From Octopus vulgaris (Eukaryota), in the NCBI GenBank assembly GCA_951406725.2, contig OX597820.1, forward strand, positions 27,590,001 to 27,654,000: a DNA stretch of 64,000 bases, read 5' to 3'. Positions 14,579 to 28,979 of this stretch are shown here, in pieces. The notes beneath the pieces were generated by a model. It ran no database searches, was not told where the DNA came from, and saw nothing but the letters and a program-made list of their open reading frames with translations. Positions within the stretch are counted from its first letter, which is position 1; the number at the start of each line of letters is the position of its first letter. The position numbers and the translations under genes were made by a program.

Positions 14579-14676
<98 letters not shown>

Positions 14677-14784
14677 CATACACATATATATATATACATA
14701 CATACATATATATATACATATATACATACACACACAGACGTACACACACACGCATGCACACACACATATGCATATGTAATTATG

Positions 14785-15060
14785 TATTCTTTTATTTGTT
14801 TCAGTCATTTGAATGTGGCCATGCTGGAGCACCACCTTTAGTCGAGAAAATCGACCCCAGGACTTATTCTTTGCAAACCTAGTACATATTTTATCGGTTT
14901 CTCTTACCCAGACGCTATATGACGGGGACGTAAACACACCAACATCGGTTGTCAAACATCTACATACATATATTATATATGACGGGCTTCTTTCAGTTTC
15001 CGTCTAGCAATTCACAATTTGGTCGGGACGATAATAGAAGGCAAGGTGCCACGCAACTGA
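14785..15060 (-). mobile_element. SINE family A, degenerate
   Basis: tttcagtcatttgaatgtggccatgctggagcaccacc..gacgggcttctttcagtttccgtcta. Confidence 0.8.
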
Positions 15061-15101
15061 AGTACATATTCTGCATCTACATCCACACAGTCTATCTGCG
15101 C

Positions 15102-15141
<40 letters not shown>

Positions 15142-15476
15142 ATATATATATATCTATCTATCTATCTATCTATATCTATCTGTCTATCTATCTTGACATA
15201 TATCTGTGATAATAGATCTACTAATAGAATTTTTGTAGTTATGTTTGGAGCTCCACATAGATTATCATAATCCAGTCTAGATTACCATAATCCAGTGTGT
15301 TTCCTCTTTGGTTGATAAGTAACTTGTAACTTCTATATTGAATATCATTACTTATTATGAGCTACATGGAATATGTAGAGAAAAATAGAGTAAACACACA
15401 TTCATTTTATCATTATCTTGTGCAGCCCTGAATTTGGCTAATCAAGAAACATTTAGATGCTCAGCCACAACTATCA

Positions 15477-15511
<35 letters not shown>

Positions 15512-15575
15512 AACTATCCAAATAATACATAATGCAGAAACACGCGTAGATTATATGATATCGTGTGTGTGTCTG

Positions 15576-15632
<57 letters not shown>

Positions 15633-15635
<3 letters not shown>

Positions 15636-15880
15636 GCGCGTGGCTTAGTGGTTAGAGTGTTAGCATCATGATCGTAAGATTGTGGTTTCGATTCCTGGAA
15701 CAGGCGACGCGTTGTGTTCTTGAGCAAAACAGTTCATTTCACGTTACTCCATTCCACTTAGCTGGCAAACATTAGTAAAGCTGCGATGGACTGGCGTCCC
15801 GTCCAGCTGGGGAACACACACGCCATTGAAACCGGGAAACCGGGCCCGTGAGCCTGGCTAGGCTTTAAAAGGGCGCATTT
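15633..15880 (+). mobile_element. tRNA-derived SINE (head B, CORE-like centre)
   Basis: A-box tggcttagtgg, B-box ggtttcgattcc, gtgttcttgagcaaaaca centre; tail shared with 1-102. Confidence 0.85.
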
Positions 15881-15886
15881 ATTTAT

Positions 15887-15928
<42 letters not shown>

Positions 15929-16167
15929 ACCAACAAGGATATCCAGAGGTAATGCATTTTATAATGGGAGGCAAGGTTCACGATATCGGATGAATATCGC
16001 CTTCTCCTATTAAAATTGTTCTTTGTGTTGTTTCAAACGATACAGTATATGTCTTTATTTCAGTATTCATTGAACGTTCATGTCCGTGTCTGTAACTGGA
16101 AGTGAAATTTCCATTTCATTAACGGCAGCATTAATGTCTGTACTTTAACAAGAGATATTCGTCTCAC

Positions 16168-16210
16168 CGCCCGTTGACGAGGGACAACAATCCCGAAACT
16201 AGTTCGAGCG
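16168..16210 (+). ncRNA. Minimal type I hammerhead ribozyme motif (U3 variant), copy 1
   Basis: cgcccg-TTGACGA-ggga caacaa tccc-GAAA-c ta g-TT-cgagcg; stem I pairs at 5 of 6 positions; palindromic stem III actagt. Confidence 0.7.
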
Positions 16211-16525
16211 TATCACTCAGGCTTGCGAGGAAGGGATGGCCTCTCTTTGCAAATACTCCAAGGACACTGATATTGTGTCTAAAGCCAGCTTGAGACGAAG
16301 ATCTCTTGGGGCTATAAAGCTACAGTAACACCCCCTCCCCAATGTGGTTAGCCATGATTAGATGGCTTCTATACTTTACATTATCGAGCAATTACTGTTT
16401 CAATCTCATTCTGAGATTTAATTATGCTTACTTTTCGTTTTTCGACATCAGTGGCAGACGCCATTAGAAAAACTTATATATAATTTGCAAAGAAGCCTTC
16501 ACTTTCATCGCTACCTGGTGGTTAC

Positions 16526-16568
16526 CGCCCGTTGACGAGGGACAACAATCCCGAAACTAGTTCGAGCG
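16526..16568 (+). ncRNA. Minimal type I hammerhead ribozyme motif (U3 variant), copy 2
   Basis: Same sequence as 16168-16210. Confidence 0.7.
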
Positions 16569-17060
16569 TATCACTCAGGCTTGCGAGGAAGGGATGGCCT
16601 TCCTTTGCAAATACTCCAAGGACACTGATATTGTGTCTAAAGCCAGCTTGAGACGAAGATCTCTTGGAGCTATAAAGCTACAGTAACACCCCCTCCCCAA
16701 TGTGGTTAGCCATGATAAGATGGCTTCTATACTTTACATTTATTTACATAATTACACAGAATAAATGATGTGTGTCGCTCTCAGTAGACTATCTCAAGCT
16801 GTGTACATCTCGTTGTATCTCCGTTAACGCGGGCCCATTACCTCTGGAGAAACGACGTGCAGACAGGACTAGCCTGGAGGCCCCAGTGTGTGTTCAGTAA
16901 GCGTTTGCGGTGAAGAAGAGTGAGAAGCTGCATTACTTCTGGATATCCTTGCTGCTTATTTTAATTTTAATCTCCTTAGTTTGAAATCGTATCGATAATA
17001 CCGTACTAAATTCTGGTGCCTCAACGTGAGTACAATATTCCTCTGAATCTATCTATCTAC

Positions 17061-17155
<95 letters not shown>

Positions 17156-17366
17156 GACATTTCTGTGATAACGATCCCTATTGATCAATTTTTTTTTCCT
17201 CTCCCCCTTTTTTTTTAACTTTTTTTGTCCTCTTTCTCTCCTTTTACGATCCCTTTTGATCGAAACTCCCCCTTCCTTTTTTTTTTTTTTTAAACCTTCA
17301 AAAGAAAAGCTCTACCTTGTAATTTGTTCTATCTGTGTGCAGCCCTGTGTGGCTAATAAAGAAACA

Positions 17367-17503
<137 letters not shown>

Positions 17504-18689
17504 GTATATGTGTGTGTATGTGTGTATGTGTGTGCTTGTGTGTGAATATTTGTGTAATTGTATGTTTTTCGGTTCCTGTGTATAGATATATCTATATTCG
17601 TGTCTAGTAGCTATTTGACTTGTGTATTGCCAAGCTCACGCATGCACATACACAAAGGCCGTTCACATATGTAACGTATTACAAATACATACACATGAAG
17701 AGTCAACAGAGACAGACACACACGCACATAAACGCACAAACACACAGATACTCACACGCACACATACAGAAACACGAGCACACTGACACACAAAAACACA
17801 GACAAACAGACAGAAAGACCCACCCACACATGAATATACAGGGAAAGCGATAGCTATAGATATGAATGTATAGATAGATTTCAGCTTTATAAATAGAGAT
17901 CACTAAACAGACAGATGAATATGTGCAGGTATTTGTGTGCGTGTAGACCGACCGTCCTGTACAACTAACAGTGTGTTTACATTTTTGCATGTTTTGTATG
18001 CGTATATACATATATGTCTTTATTTCGGTATTCATTGAACGTTCATGTCCGTGTCTGTAACTGGAAGTGAAATTTCCATTTCATTAACGGCAGCAGATTT
18101 AATGTCTGTGACTATGTAACAATATACGGTCCACTGGGTACTTCTGTTCTAACCCAACATCTTTTACATTCCAAATCGGCATCCCCCACTATTTTATCCT
18201 TTATCACTGAGCACGTATCTCATTTGGCAATTTAACATAATATAATTTTCCCTGCCTTTTTGTGATGAATTGGCAAACTAGTAGAGCGGCAGACAAAACG
18301 ATTTCCCTTCTTTTTTTTATTCCAAAGATATATTCATGTTCAGAAATCATAAAACTTGCCAATATAGATTTCATGTTTCCTTCTTCCTGTGGATAAAATG
18401 AAATGTCTTCTTCAGCCGATTTAATAGAGTGGATCCCTCTCCTAAATTTATGACTTTATTTTCATCTCTGATAAAAAGAATTATTGCCACTGACAAAGAA
18501 AATAGTGGTCGGGGAGAATTATAGCAACATCGGTTCAGATCTTAGCGAATTTTTTTTTCGCTCTTAACCTTGTCTTTTCAAATCCCATCGAAAAATCTGA
18601 GCGTTATCTTTCATCCTTTCAGGATCGATATGATGTAATGGTTGCCTCTCGTAGACCAAGAAAGTAATGGTAGCCTCTCGAAGACCAAG

Positions 18690-18955
18690 AAATTCTTGCT
18701 GAACAACTTGCATAAGTGATTTGCATTTAGTGATGAAATGTATATGCTGTGCATTAAGCTCGCTCCCTTCATCAAATCAGCATTGCCTGAATAGTTACAA
18801 AGTGAACCATGTGTCATGTGTCGATGTGATTGCACAGCCACGTGAGATGAAGTGTTTGGCTGAAAAACGCAGCGTGCCATCCAGTCCAGGAATTGAAACA
18901 CGATTTCGTGATTATGGGTGCAAACCTTTAACTACTAGGCCATGCGCTGTCCACT
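18690..18955 (-). mobile_element. Old tRNA-headed SINE
   Basis: Minus strand begins gcgcatggcctagtagttaaagg..gtttcaattcctggac followed by a CORE-like centre. Confidence 0.65.
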
Positions 18956-19348
18956 CGGATCAATTTAATCAACTAGCATCTCCAGTTAAATATCTTGTCT
19001 TATGCCTATATCGGAACCAATTGTTAATATTGGCTATTTCTGTTAAAGATAAAATCCTGTGTCGCAATACAAGATATCTATCAGTAATTAAGTGACACTC
19101 GTTTATCTCCTGTTCGACACTTTTTCTTCTTTCTCCAGATTCAATAAAGTAATATACTAGACGAGACGGCGTTCAATTTAATCAACTGTTCTCTGCCACC
19201 CGTTCGTAGAAATTTGTAATCAAATGCTGTTCTCACAGAGATGGCTTTGATGTAACAATATTACCAGGAATATTCTATCTTTGGAAAGTTAATAACATTA
19301 AAAAATCATCCTTGTTATGATAATGTCAAAACATTATAACTGTAGAAA

Positions 19349-19566
19349 TATTGGTTTCAAATTTTGGCACAAAGCCAGAAATTGAAGGGTAGGTCGATTA
19401 CATCGACCCCAGTGTTTCACTGGTACTTATTTTATCGACCCCCCGCCCCCAAAAGATGAAAGGCAAATTCAACCTCGGAAGAGTCTGAAATTAGAACGTG
19501 GGGCCAGATGAAATGTCGCGAAGAATTTTGCCCTGTGTGCGAAACATTCTACTACCTCGCCGTCTT
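19349..19566 (-). mobile_element. SINE family C monomer (Nin/Deu-domain-like)
   Basis: gtcgattacatcgaccccagtg..tggtacttattttatcgacc..gatgaaaggcaaa. Confidence 0.75.
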
Positions 19567-20544
19567 ATAACAGCAGAAAATATTAACTAAAGAACGCAAT
19601 GTTAAGTTTACAAACGAATTAGAATTACGAAAACACTATTATCCGGTGCCAGCGATGAAAATTCTCCCTCCGAGGAAATGCTCCTTTATAGTGGTTTTAT
19701 CTAAGAAGAGGATTTATCGTAAGTATCAATAATCAAATTGCCTGATGTCAAGCTTGTAATTCTATACATTATAGAATACATTTTGTTTATTGAACATTAC
19801 GTTATTGGCGCATTACGGGTATTTCATTTCATTAATGTAATGTGCGAGAGCTCTTACCTAGAGGATATTTCAGGTAACACTTTGAACAATTACAAAATCT
19901 TCTGTACAATTTGAGTGCGAACATAACGAAAATGTTGCATGATAGTGATATGTATAGTTCTATTCTTTTCGAAGTCTACATCAAGGACTGTATACCACCT
20001 TTAAGTATCCACAAATATTTTACTTAGAAATATACAAATGTCAGAGGCTAAAGTAAATTCAATAGTCCAATTTGCATACTTAACACTTTGTTAGCGGCGA
20101 TTTTGCACATTGAATTACTGATGTGTTGGCAGTGCTTTTCGTTTCATTATTATAATGTGCTATAAAGCATATTTAAAGGTTCTTAGGAAATACTGGTTCT
20201 ATAGCCAACGCTGTCAAGAATTCGTCTATACAATTAGTAGAATTAAAACTAATGTGATTGTGGATGTTTAATGGCGGTACACAGCTGCTGATGAAAATTC
20301 CAAAAGCAAACGAAAATTACATACATCTGTTCCCCTCTTTTATACACAGACACCTTTCTTATAACTGAATTCTCTACAGTAGACGTAACACTCAGTGTTG
20401 GTTGAAAGAACACTAAAGACATATTCAATAGTACGTTATAAAATATTTTGTTTATGACAGCTTAGCTTCGATATATAAAAGTTTGAACAAGAGTTTTGAT
20501 TAAATAATTACGTACATATATACATATATACATAAGAAATAAGA

Positions 20545-21270
20545 ATAAGAACCCACAATATGGTAGAAGCCATAACCACTCATAATAGAAAGGAATACAG
20601 GTGGAATGTACTTCAATAAAAGTGGAGACTTCAATAAAATGTAAGCACAATAGACCTGACATAATGATTTGTGATAGGGAAGAGAAACTATGTACAGCAG
20701 TGGAAATCACCTGCCCAGTGGATGTTAACATAAAGCTGAAGATCAGTGAAAAAGAGAACATCTATGCTGAACTATTGAGAAATCTGCAGTTACTCTATCC
20801 AGATTACAAGTTATGTTTTATAGCTGTAATTATTGGGGCACTGGGATATGTAACACACTGCCTAAATAGCAATTTTGAGAATTCAGGCTTCTCAAAACCA
20901 GAAAGGAGAAAGCTGATGCGAAAACTACAGATCCGATCCATCACTGGAACTGTAAAAGTCTGTAAAACTTTCCAGAAGTTTATAATTTAAGTACATATAG
21001 CATGTATAGATATGCAAGTATATGAATGAAAAGACAAACAAGCATACAAATCTGCACTTATACATACATACATACATATATACATACATACATACATACA
21101 TACATACATACATACATACAAACATACATACATACATTCAACCACATACATACATACTTCATACATACACTCTTGATGTTGAAATTCCAGTGAAGGAGCC
21201 TTGGGACTAGGTTTGAAACCGGCTCTTTCTGTATTGGCAAGAAATCTTGAAATATAACTGAATAACACAT
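20545..21270 (+). mobile_element. 3' remnant of an RLE-type non-LTR retrotransposon (restriction-like endonuclease plus 3' region)
   Basis: ORF 20601-20990 reads HNRPDIMICD..VEITCP..EKENIY..IIGALG, the PD-(D/E) endonuclease domain. Confidence 0.8.
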
Positions 21271-21304
21271 AATTACATATATGTATTTATGCATATATAG
21301 AAAA

Positions 21305-21610
21305 ATGGATCTTCATAGAGGCAAGTTGCACTGCTGATGTGAATATCCCTTCAAAACTCAAATAGAAAGATGATAACGTCAGATAGCTTTTTCGAAACCT
21401 TGAGCTTCTGCAGTATATCTAGATTAGAAATTCACATTTACACCAATAATAACTGATGCATTTGATTTTTGAGTGAACGCTTAAGCGACAATCTTGATAA
21501 GCTAAGGTTTTCAGTTAAGTAATTAACCAGATAGTTCGCATATTACAAATAAAATTTTTAAGTGGAACAGTAATAGTATACAAGACATTTATCTATTTTA
21601 AAATGTGAAT
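21305..21610 (+). pseudogene. Second, older RLE endonuclease remnant
   Basis: Reads FIEASCTADVNIPSKL..LFRNLELL..TPII, paralleling the 20601 ORF, with stops. Confidence 0.5.
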
Positions 21611-21799
21611 TTGCTTTTGTTATCCACATTCCCAGTAAAGAGGTCTATATATGCGTTAGAAACCAGCACCTTCTTTACAAAAAGATTTTAGATATTTGGG
21701 AACAGAGAACGCCCGCCCACGTTCACACACATACGTACGTACGTACCCATATACATAAATGTGTACACACATACCGATATATATATATATTATATATAA

Positions 21800-22922
21800 A
21801 CTTAGATAAACTTAGATATGTTTTCTTTGATCTCCCTCGGGACAATGTTAAATAGGGCAGGGCCTGTTGAGGAAAAGAAATTATGTTGCAGTGTACATGT
21901 ATATTGTGATCTTGAATTGGGCAGGGGACGTATAGCCCGTCTGGAGATGTTTTGTCTTGTGTGAGGAGACCACAGTGGGCAGCAGTATTCAAGGTGTTGC
22001 CGTACAAAGGAGGAAAAAAGTGGTATGATGACACCTTGTTCTCTGGACCGGAAAGTTCTTAAGATACAGGACCTCATCCTACGAGCTATATCGACCTTCT
22101 TGTTGATGTGTGCACTCCAACTGAGATCGTCATCAATAATTACACCCAGGTCTCTGATATTGTTAGAGGCTGTGAGCGGTGACCCTGAAGGAAGAGAGTA
22201 TGGTTGTTTTAGTGAGGAATTTCTTCCAAAATGCATAGGCTCAAATTTTCCCTCATTCAGTTGCATTTTCTTTCTGTCTGCCCATTGACTCACAGCATAT
22301 AGATCAGACTGGAGTTGAGTTCGGTCTGCTTTTTCATTGACGATTTGCTGGGGCTTAGTGTCATCAGCGAATATTTTCACTTTGCAGTAAAGTACGACAC
22401 TGGAAAGGTCGTTTACGTAAATTATGAAGAGTAACGGACCCAAAACAGTTCCCTGGGGAACACCGCTGGTGACTTTTGCTGGGTTTGAGTGGACTCCATC
22501 AACTACAACATGTGTTCTATTCGCCAGGAAATACTTAATCCAGTGTAGAACTTTTCCACGGATTCCAACATTTGCCAGTTTTGAGAGTAGGATGTTATGG
22601 TCTACCCTGTCGAACGCTTTACTGAAGTCTCATTTATTGCTGCTACGATGTCGGTGGCAGTGAAGGTTATGTCTGAGATTTTGTGTTGGGAGTCAACTTC
22701 GTTCGTTTCCCTCACGTCAATATCAGTGGGAACACTAAAGACAGAGCAGTATTGTTTCTGCAGTATTTCTGCCATTTCTTTAGCATCGTGTTGGGGAATG
22801 CCGTTATCATCAATCAATGGCCCAATGGGTGAGACAGTGGTTCTATGCTTATTTGCATAAGTATAGAACACTTTTGGGTTCTGTTTGATGTTTTTGATTA
22901 CCCATTGTTCCTCCACAGCTCC
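21800..22922 (-). mobile_element. CR1/L2-group LINE reverse transcriptase remnant
   Basis: [12 protein letters not shown]; SGVPQGTVLGPLLFIIYVNDL; IFADDTK; IRDLGV; LEYCCPLWSP; internally deleted. Confidence 0.88.
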
Positions 22923-22956
22923 AAACATATATATACATATATACATGCTAATTTAT

Positions 22957-23041
<85 letters not shown>

Positions 23042-23388
23042 TATATGAATCAAAATTAATCAAAGGACATACTAAGTATGTCTACCTGCTGGAAATAATA
23101 GTCAAAGCCCTTATTTAAATCGCTAAAAAACACTCACGATAAGTACAAAAATCAACTGTGAATTATTTTTTGTCGTGAATTATTTGCTCCATATATATAT
23201 ATGCCTTTTACATACATACATGCATAAATAGATACATACATACATACATATATACATACATACATACACACATGCATACATACACATATATATACATGCA
23301 TATATACATACATATACATATACATACATACATACATGCATACATATATACATACATACATGTATGTATGTATATATGTATGTACATA

Positions 23389-23438
<50 letters not shown>

Positions 23439-24079
23439 AGGCAGATGTATTGCTATCGAATTAGTAAGCATTGTTAGATGTATACTCGTTATTTAATCAA
23501 GGTGTCAAGTCAACTCTATATTCTATAAGTCTATTAATGATAACGGAATATGATAAAATGTGGGAGCCTTGGGAATGCAAATGGGAAATGAAAAAAAAAA
23601 GGTATGTATACGAAGATGCAATGCAACCCGATGAGATAAAGCAATTATAAAAGATTAGAGAATGAGAATTTGAATGAGGAATATTGCGGTGCTGAGTAGA
23701 TAAGTAGTTAAGAAGATTATATAGTATTATATCTTGAGAAAAATTTGGTATCCTAAAATATATATATATATATAAAGAAATGCCATTATTAAGAAGCTCC
23801 TGAAATTTCCAGAGTATTTACTGAAGGACTTAGTTAAGATATTTATTCGAAATAACGAATATCAAATTAAGAAAACCTGGAATGTAGCTAAAAGGAAATT
23901 AGAAAAAGGTTATATGATAGGTTAATGTATGATATGATTTATGTATGGTGTATATATATATATATATTGCACAGACACATACACATACACAGATACACAC
24001 GCACACACACGCACGCACACACACGCGCACACACGCGCACACACATACACACATACATAAACAGACATTTGTTTACATT

Positions 24080-24452
24080 TGTTGGCTCATCCCATAAATA
24101 ATGCGGTTTTTTCAATTACATGAACTAAAGCTCGGAAGGGAACGGAATAAACTACCTGCATCAAATTGCTATAAAATCAGGTAGAAATTTTACCTTGTAC
24201 TTATTCTTAGTGAAAGGTTTAAAGAGTGCAGTTCTATTTTAGCAGTTACTTTTTCAATCTCAAAGCTATAATGGAATTGACAATGGAGCATATTCCACAT
24301 ATTTTGCTTTAAGAGTTCAAGAAAGGCAACACAATAACAGAACGTGTTAGGAATATTAATGCAGTATATGAGTATCGGACAATGAGCGTAAGCCAGTGTC
24401 AACGATGATTCCAGAAATTCCGAGCCGGAAACTACAGCTCAGAAGACGAGCC
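24080..24452 (+). mobile_element. Mariner 5' remnant (N-terminal HTH region)
   Basis: Reads MEHIPHILL*EFKKGN..RNINAVY..SQCQR*FQKFRAGNYSSEDEP. Confidence 0.7.
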
Positions 24453-24817
24453 TATTGAATTAAGTGTTTCTTCATACATCTATGCTAGAATTATATGGCT
24501 AAACGCTGTAATAGGGATACTATATTTTATAAGAAGATAGTTTGCATGTTACAAGGAAGCCTTTGCATTGTGGCATCATCTCTTAGGTACCACGGCTAAA
24601 TTTCCTTACAATTAAAGTATCCAGTATTAAGAATGGAAGGATGTAACTTGAGATGAAGTTGAGGATATGTTGTCTGAAAAATACTTAGAATGTCATGCCC
24701 GCAATATATATCATCATAAATCTGTTTGACGTAGGAATGAACTGGGGTTAAACAATAATGGTACGTTCCTACTTTGGTGAAGGACCAGATTATTTGTGAG
24801 TTCCTTCAAAATTCATC

Positions 24818-25215
24818 TGTGGAGGCACGTAGCTTAGTGGTTAGGGTGTTGGACTCACGATCCATTATGGTTTCGATTCCTAGGTCAGCCGATGCGTTTT
24901 GTTCTTGAGCAAAAACACTTCACTTCACGTTGCTCCAGTTGATTCAGCTGTAGAAAATGAGTAGCACTAGTGGGAGGGGGGGTCGGTTAGTGGTTAAGGT
25001 GTTGAATTCATAACCGTAATATTGTGGTTTCGATCCTTGGACTAGGCAATCCGTTGTGCTCTCGAGTAGAATATTTCATTTCATGTTGCTCTAGTCTACT
25101 CAGCTGTAGAAATGAATGTAGGCTGGAGAGGGATGACCTCTGCCAGGCTTTCTCGCCCTAGATTCGTTGCATGGCTTCAGCGCCCCAGCGATCCCCAAGG
25201 GGTTAAGGGACCTGT
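24818..25215 (+). mobile_element. Two tandem SINE heads with CORE-like centres
   Basis: ttagtggttagggtgttg..ggtttcgat..gttgctccagt..cagctgtagaaa occurs at both 24818 and 24985. Confidence 0.7.
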
Positions 25216-26588
25216 CAGTTGTCACATCCATATATGTTGCGAGACCATGGGCAAATTTTTGTTTTAGTATTTGTTGGTAGAAAACGGTAAAGTATCGCCT
25301 GAAGTATGCAGTCCAGAGTAAAGTTTCGCAGACGTTGAAAAAATACCTTAAGATTGTTACCCACAGAGCAGATCCTTCTCATCCGTATTTTCTTCTTCCT
25401 CCTCAATCTCTCGGGCATAAGAGAAAAGCAAGAGTCTAATGGCTTATCATAACCTCAGGCCTACTAACACCATGTTAGTGAAATTTTGTTAGACGAAAAC
25501 TGAGTGGAAACCTACTGAGAAAAAAAAAAGCGTTTGTGTGACTGAATGGAGAAAGAGCAAAAATGTGATAATTTAACTATTCCCAGCAGAGAATCGAATC
25601 AATTTTGAGGTTCCTCTCCTTATCAAGAGATAATTCGTAACATTAATCATGTTAAAAAAAGTTCCATATTTATATTTAGAAGGAAAGGTGGTGCTTTTTA
25701 AAATATTAATTTAAATCTAAATATTTCGCTTCATAGTATAGAGAATGCAGGATTTATTTTAGAAACTTCCTAGCATTTTGACGTTGCTGTGTGTTGTGCT
25801 TTTAAGCATCGAACAGTAAAGCTAAGTATAGGATGTTAGTCATATGCAGGACAATTACGCGCATGTCTGTCTCGCAAATTTCACTAACATATTCGTCAAA
25901 GCGAAGTTATACTAGAAGACATTTGTTTAGATGCAGAAGAATAGGATCGAACTTGGATGCAATCTGAATGACAAAACTGTCATGTCTGAAATGTGTCTAG
26001 ATAACGAAAGTAATAATATTTTTCGCATATAAAATACGAAAATTATTTTCGAGTTAGATCAACAGTTTCGCGACCATATTGCTAATTAAATGAAATGTTT
26101 ATGTTTCAATAATTTTCAATTAATTTTTAAATCGATAATTCGTCCAGATTTAGTAAAATAACTAAATTTATCATTAATAAGCAGACATTCAGAAAATATC
26201 ATTAAAATTTACGATCGAAGATTTTATTCTAAATATAAACATATTTGCAAAGAGGTTTTCTGTTATAGACCAATCGATGTCTCTGGTGGGTTGGTATAGA
26301 GATGGTTAAACACTGTAAACTTATAGATGTTGAGCTAACAATGCATAAATATTTTTAAATTATTTACTACACTTGGACGTCGTAAATGTCTGTCATTTTA
26401 TACAATCTTTCAATGGATAGAAAGAGAATTATGGGCCACAACAGTTCAAATCTTTATTGAATGTTTTTTCAGTGACTGAATAGTTCTCTCTGATTGGCCA
26501 CAATATACAAAGCTACTATTGTATATGCATGTTTATGTATGCTTCAATTTTTGATATGTATATATGTATGTATATTTACACACACACG

Positions 26589-26633
<45 letters not shown>

Positions 26634-27249
26634 CAATATACACACACATACATATATACATATATGAATATAACTATGTGTGTGTGTATGAAGACAGTGG
26701 ACTGGTAGTTAGGCTGTCGTACTCACGATCGCTAGTCGTGGGGTTCATTCCCGCACCGTGTGGTGCGTTCTGCACTTCCACGTTACTTCTGGCCCCCTTT
26801 TGATCAATTGGCAAAGATGGACTGTTCGCCAAGACAGGGTTTTGGCATTATTCGAAGTCTATAAAACGTTGAACATGGCGCATTTTCATCAGCGTTTTTC
26901 AACATCTGATAACCTGGTCAGTCACGTGAATATGTGATATAATGTCGTCAGCATTAAATCGTATCCTAGTAGTCAATCTGTAGCGCATAATTTAGCCTCT
27001 TCATACTGATGGGTGCGAGGGGTGCCGCTGCCTGAGGAGGCTGTTCAGGGCAAGAGTGGTATAGAAGAGTCAGGGGCATTTATCGCAAGATAGTCTTTTG
27101 GTCTTCGACGTCAGATCTTTGTCGCTTGATGACTGTTATTTTCTATCTTGTCTGTTCTCTTACTGATGACATGCCGCCACTTTGTATGGTTCTTGACGAT
27201 TGAATCTCAGGTCAAATGAGCAGCGGGGGAGATTGTGCTTGAGCTGGTT

Positions 27250-28052
27250 TCGAGAATGGAATTTGGGGTCTCCGCAGAGAAAACCACTGCATTTGGTGTT
27301 CTGCGACTTGGAGAAGACTTTCGACAGCATTCAGAGATCTGCAATGTGGACCACCCTGAGGTGTTCCGGATACTTTAGTTTCCGACTACTCATCCATGCC
27401 TTACACGACAGTCCGGCACAGTTATCGGCAAGGATGATCTATCCCGTTCCTTTCCAATTACGACTGACCAAAATCAAGGATGCACCCTCATTCCCACTCT
27501 CTTTTCCCCTACCTCAGCACCGTGATCAATGAGACTAGTGATCTGGTTCCTGAAATTTGTTACAGAATTAGCTGAGGATTTTCAACACCACCCCGTTCAG
27601 TGCCCATCGACTTACCACCTTGGCCAAACTACGTGAGCTGCAATACACTGATGGCAATATAAATCCTTCGCACTCGTTTTCCGATCTTCAGGAGACAGTG
27701 AAACTTTTCGAAAATTTGTGCATCCACTTTGCTCTGACCACAAACGTAATGAAGACGAAGATCCTTGCATATGGAGCCCCGATCAAGTACCCCTGTCATC
27801 AGTGACATAAGCTTACGTACCACTGTCCTTGAAACCGCGAAGGCCTTCCCATACCTGGGAAGCTTTGTATCCAGCGATTTCAGAACGACGTAGCGAATAG
27901 GATCAGCACAGACCATACGACATTCGGAAAACTCTCAAAACTAGTCTTTCGAAACCACGGCCTAAACATCCAAAATCATGATATTCCTAGCTGGCGTCCT
28001 CTCCTCGTATACAGGTGTGAGACGTGGGTATTGTATCAGCGTGACATGAGGA
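27250..28052 (+). mobile_element. RTE-clade LINE RT remnant
   Basis: KPLHLVFCDLEKTFDSI, ELQYTD, FPYLGS, FGKL, YRCETWVLYQR spread across frameshifts. Confidence 0.7.
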
Positions 28053-28054
28053 AA

Positions 28055-28107
<53 letters not shown>

Positions 28108-28323
28108 GAAAAGAGCCCGAGAGTAAGACAAATTACAGCTCCGTCGGCTTCCGGCAGCATATAAAATTCCTTTGTATCTCTTTTATAATGCTTAGTATAT
28201 CAAACTTTTTGTAAACCTCCTGGGTGATATTTGGTTACAGCTATAGAGCTGTGCGAATATAACGAAAAAAATATAACATTCACGTGAATCAAAAATTCAA
28301 AGTCACTATGACCACATTCTTGG

Positions 28324-28368
<45 letters not shown>

Positions 28369-28380
28369 TATATATGTATA

Positions 28381-28411
<31 letters not shown>

Positions 28412-28470
28412 GTATACATATATATATATATATGTATGTATATATATATATATATATATACATATATATG

Positions 28471-28501
<31 letters not shown>

Positions 28502-28518
28502 GAATATATATGTGAGTG

Positions 28519-28585
<67 letters not shown>

Positions 28586-28888
28586 TATATATATATATAA
28601 ATTTTTTCGGAAACTCGTAAAGTTGATTAAATTTTGTTTGAGATGCTCAAACTCTTTCAGCTTTCAAATTAGTCGCTGAATCGTTCAATCATTCTACGTA
28701 CGTGTATAGGTAGTATGCATGTATTTACTCATGCATTTTTGTATGCATGTATGTATGAACGTTCTTACGTACGTAATACGTATGTGTAGTACGTATATAA
28801 ATATATGTATATATGCACGTATTTATCTCTTTGTTTGCTTGATTACCTCTCTCTCTCACTCTCCCTTCCACTCTGCAGTTCACTATAG

Positions 28889-28979
<91 letters not shown>

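Larger units (their letters stand above)
16166..16740 (+). mobile_element. Two 217-bp direct repeats, each starting with a hammerhead motif (Penelope pLTR-like)
   Basis: 16166-16382 is nearly identical to 16524-16740 (period 358 bp). Confidence 0.8.

Noticed and set aside
21178-21240. Hammerhead-like gtgaaggagcct..aggtttgaaaccgg (relative near 40320)
   Set aside because: The core spacing is wrong and stem I is absent.
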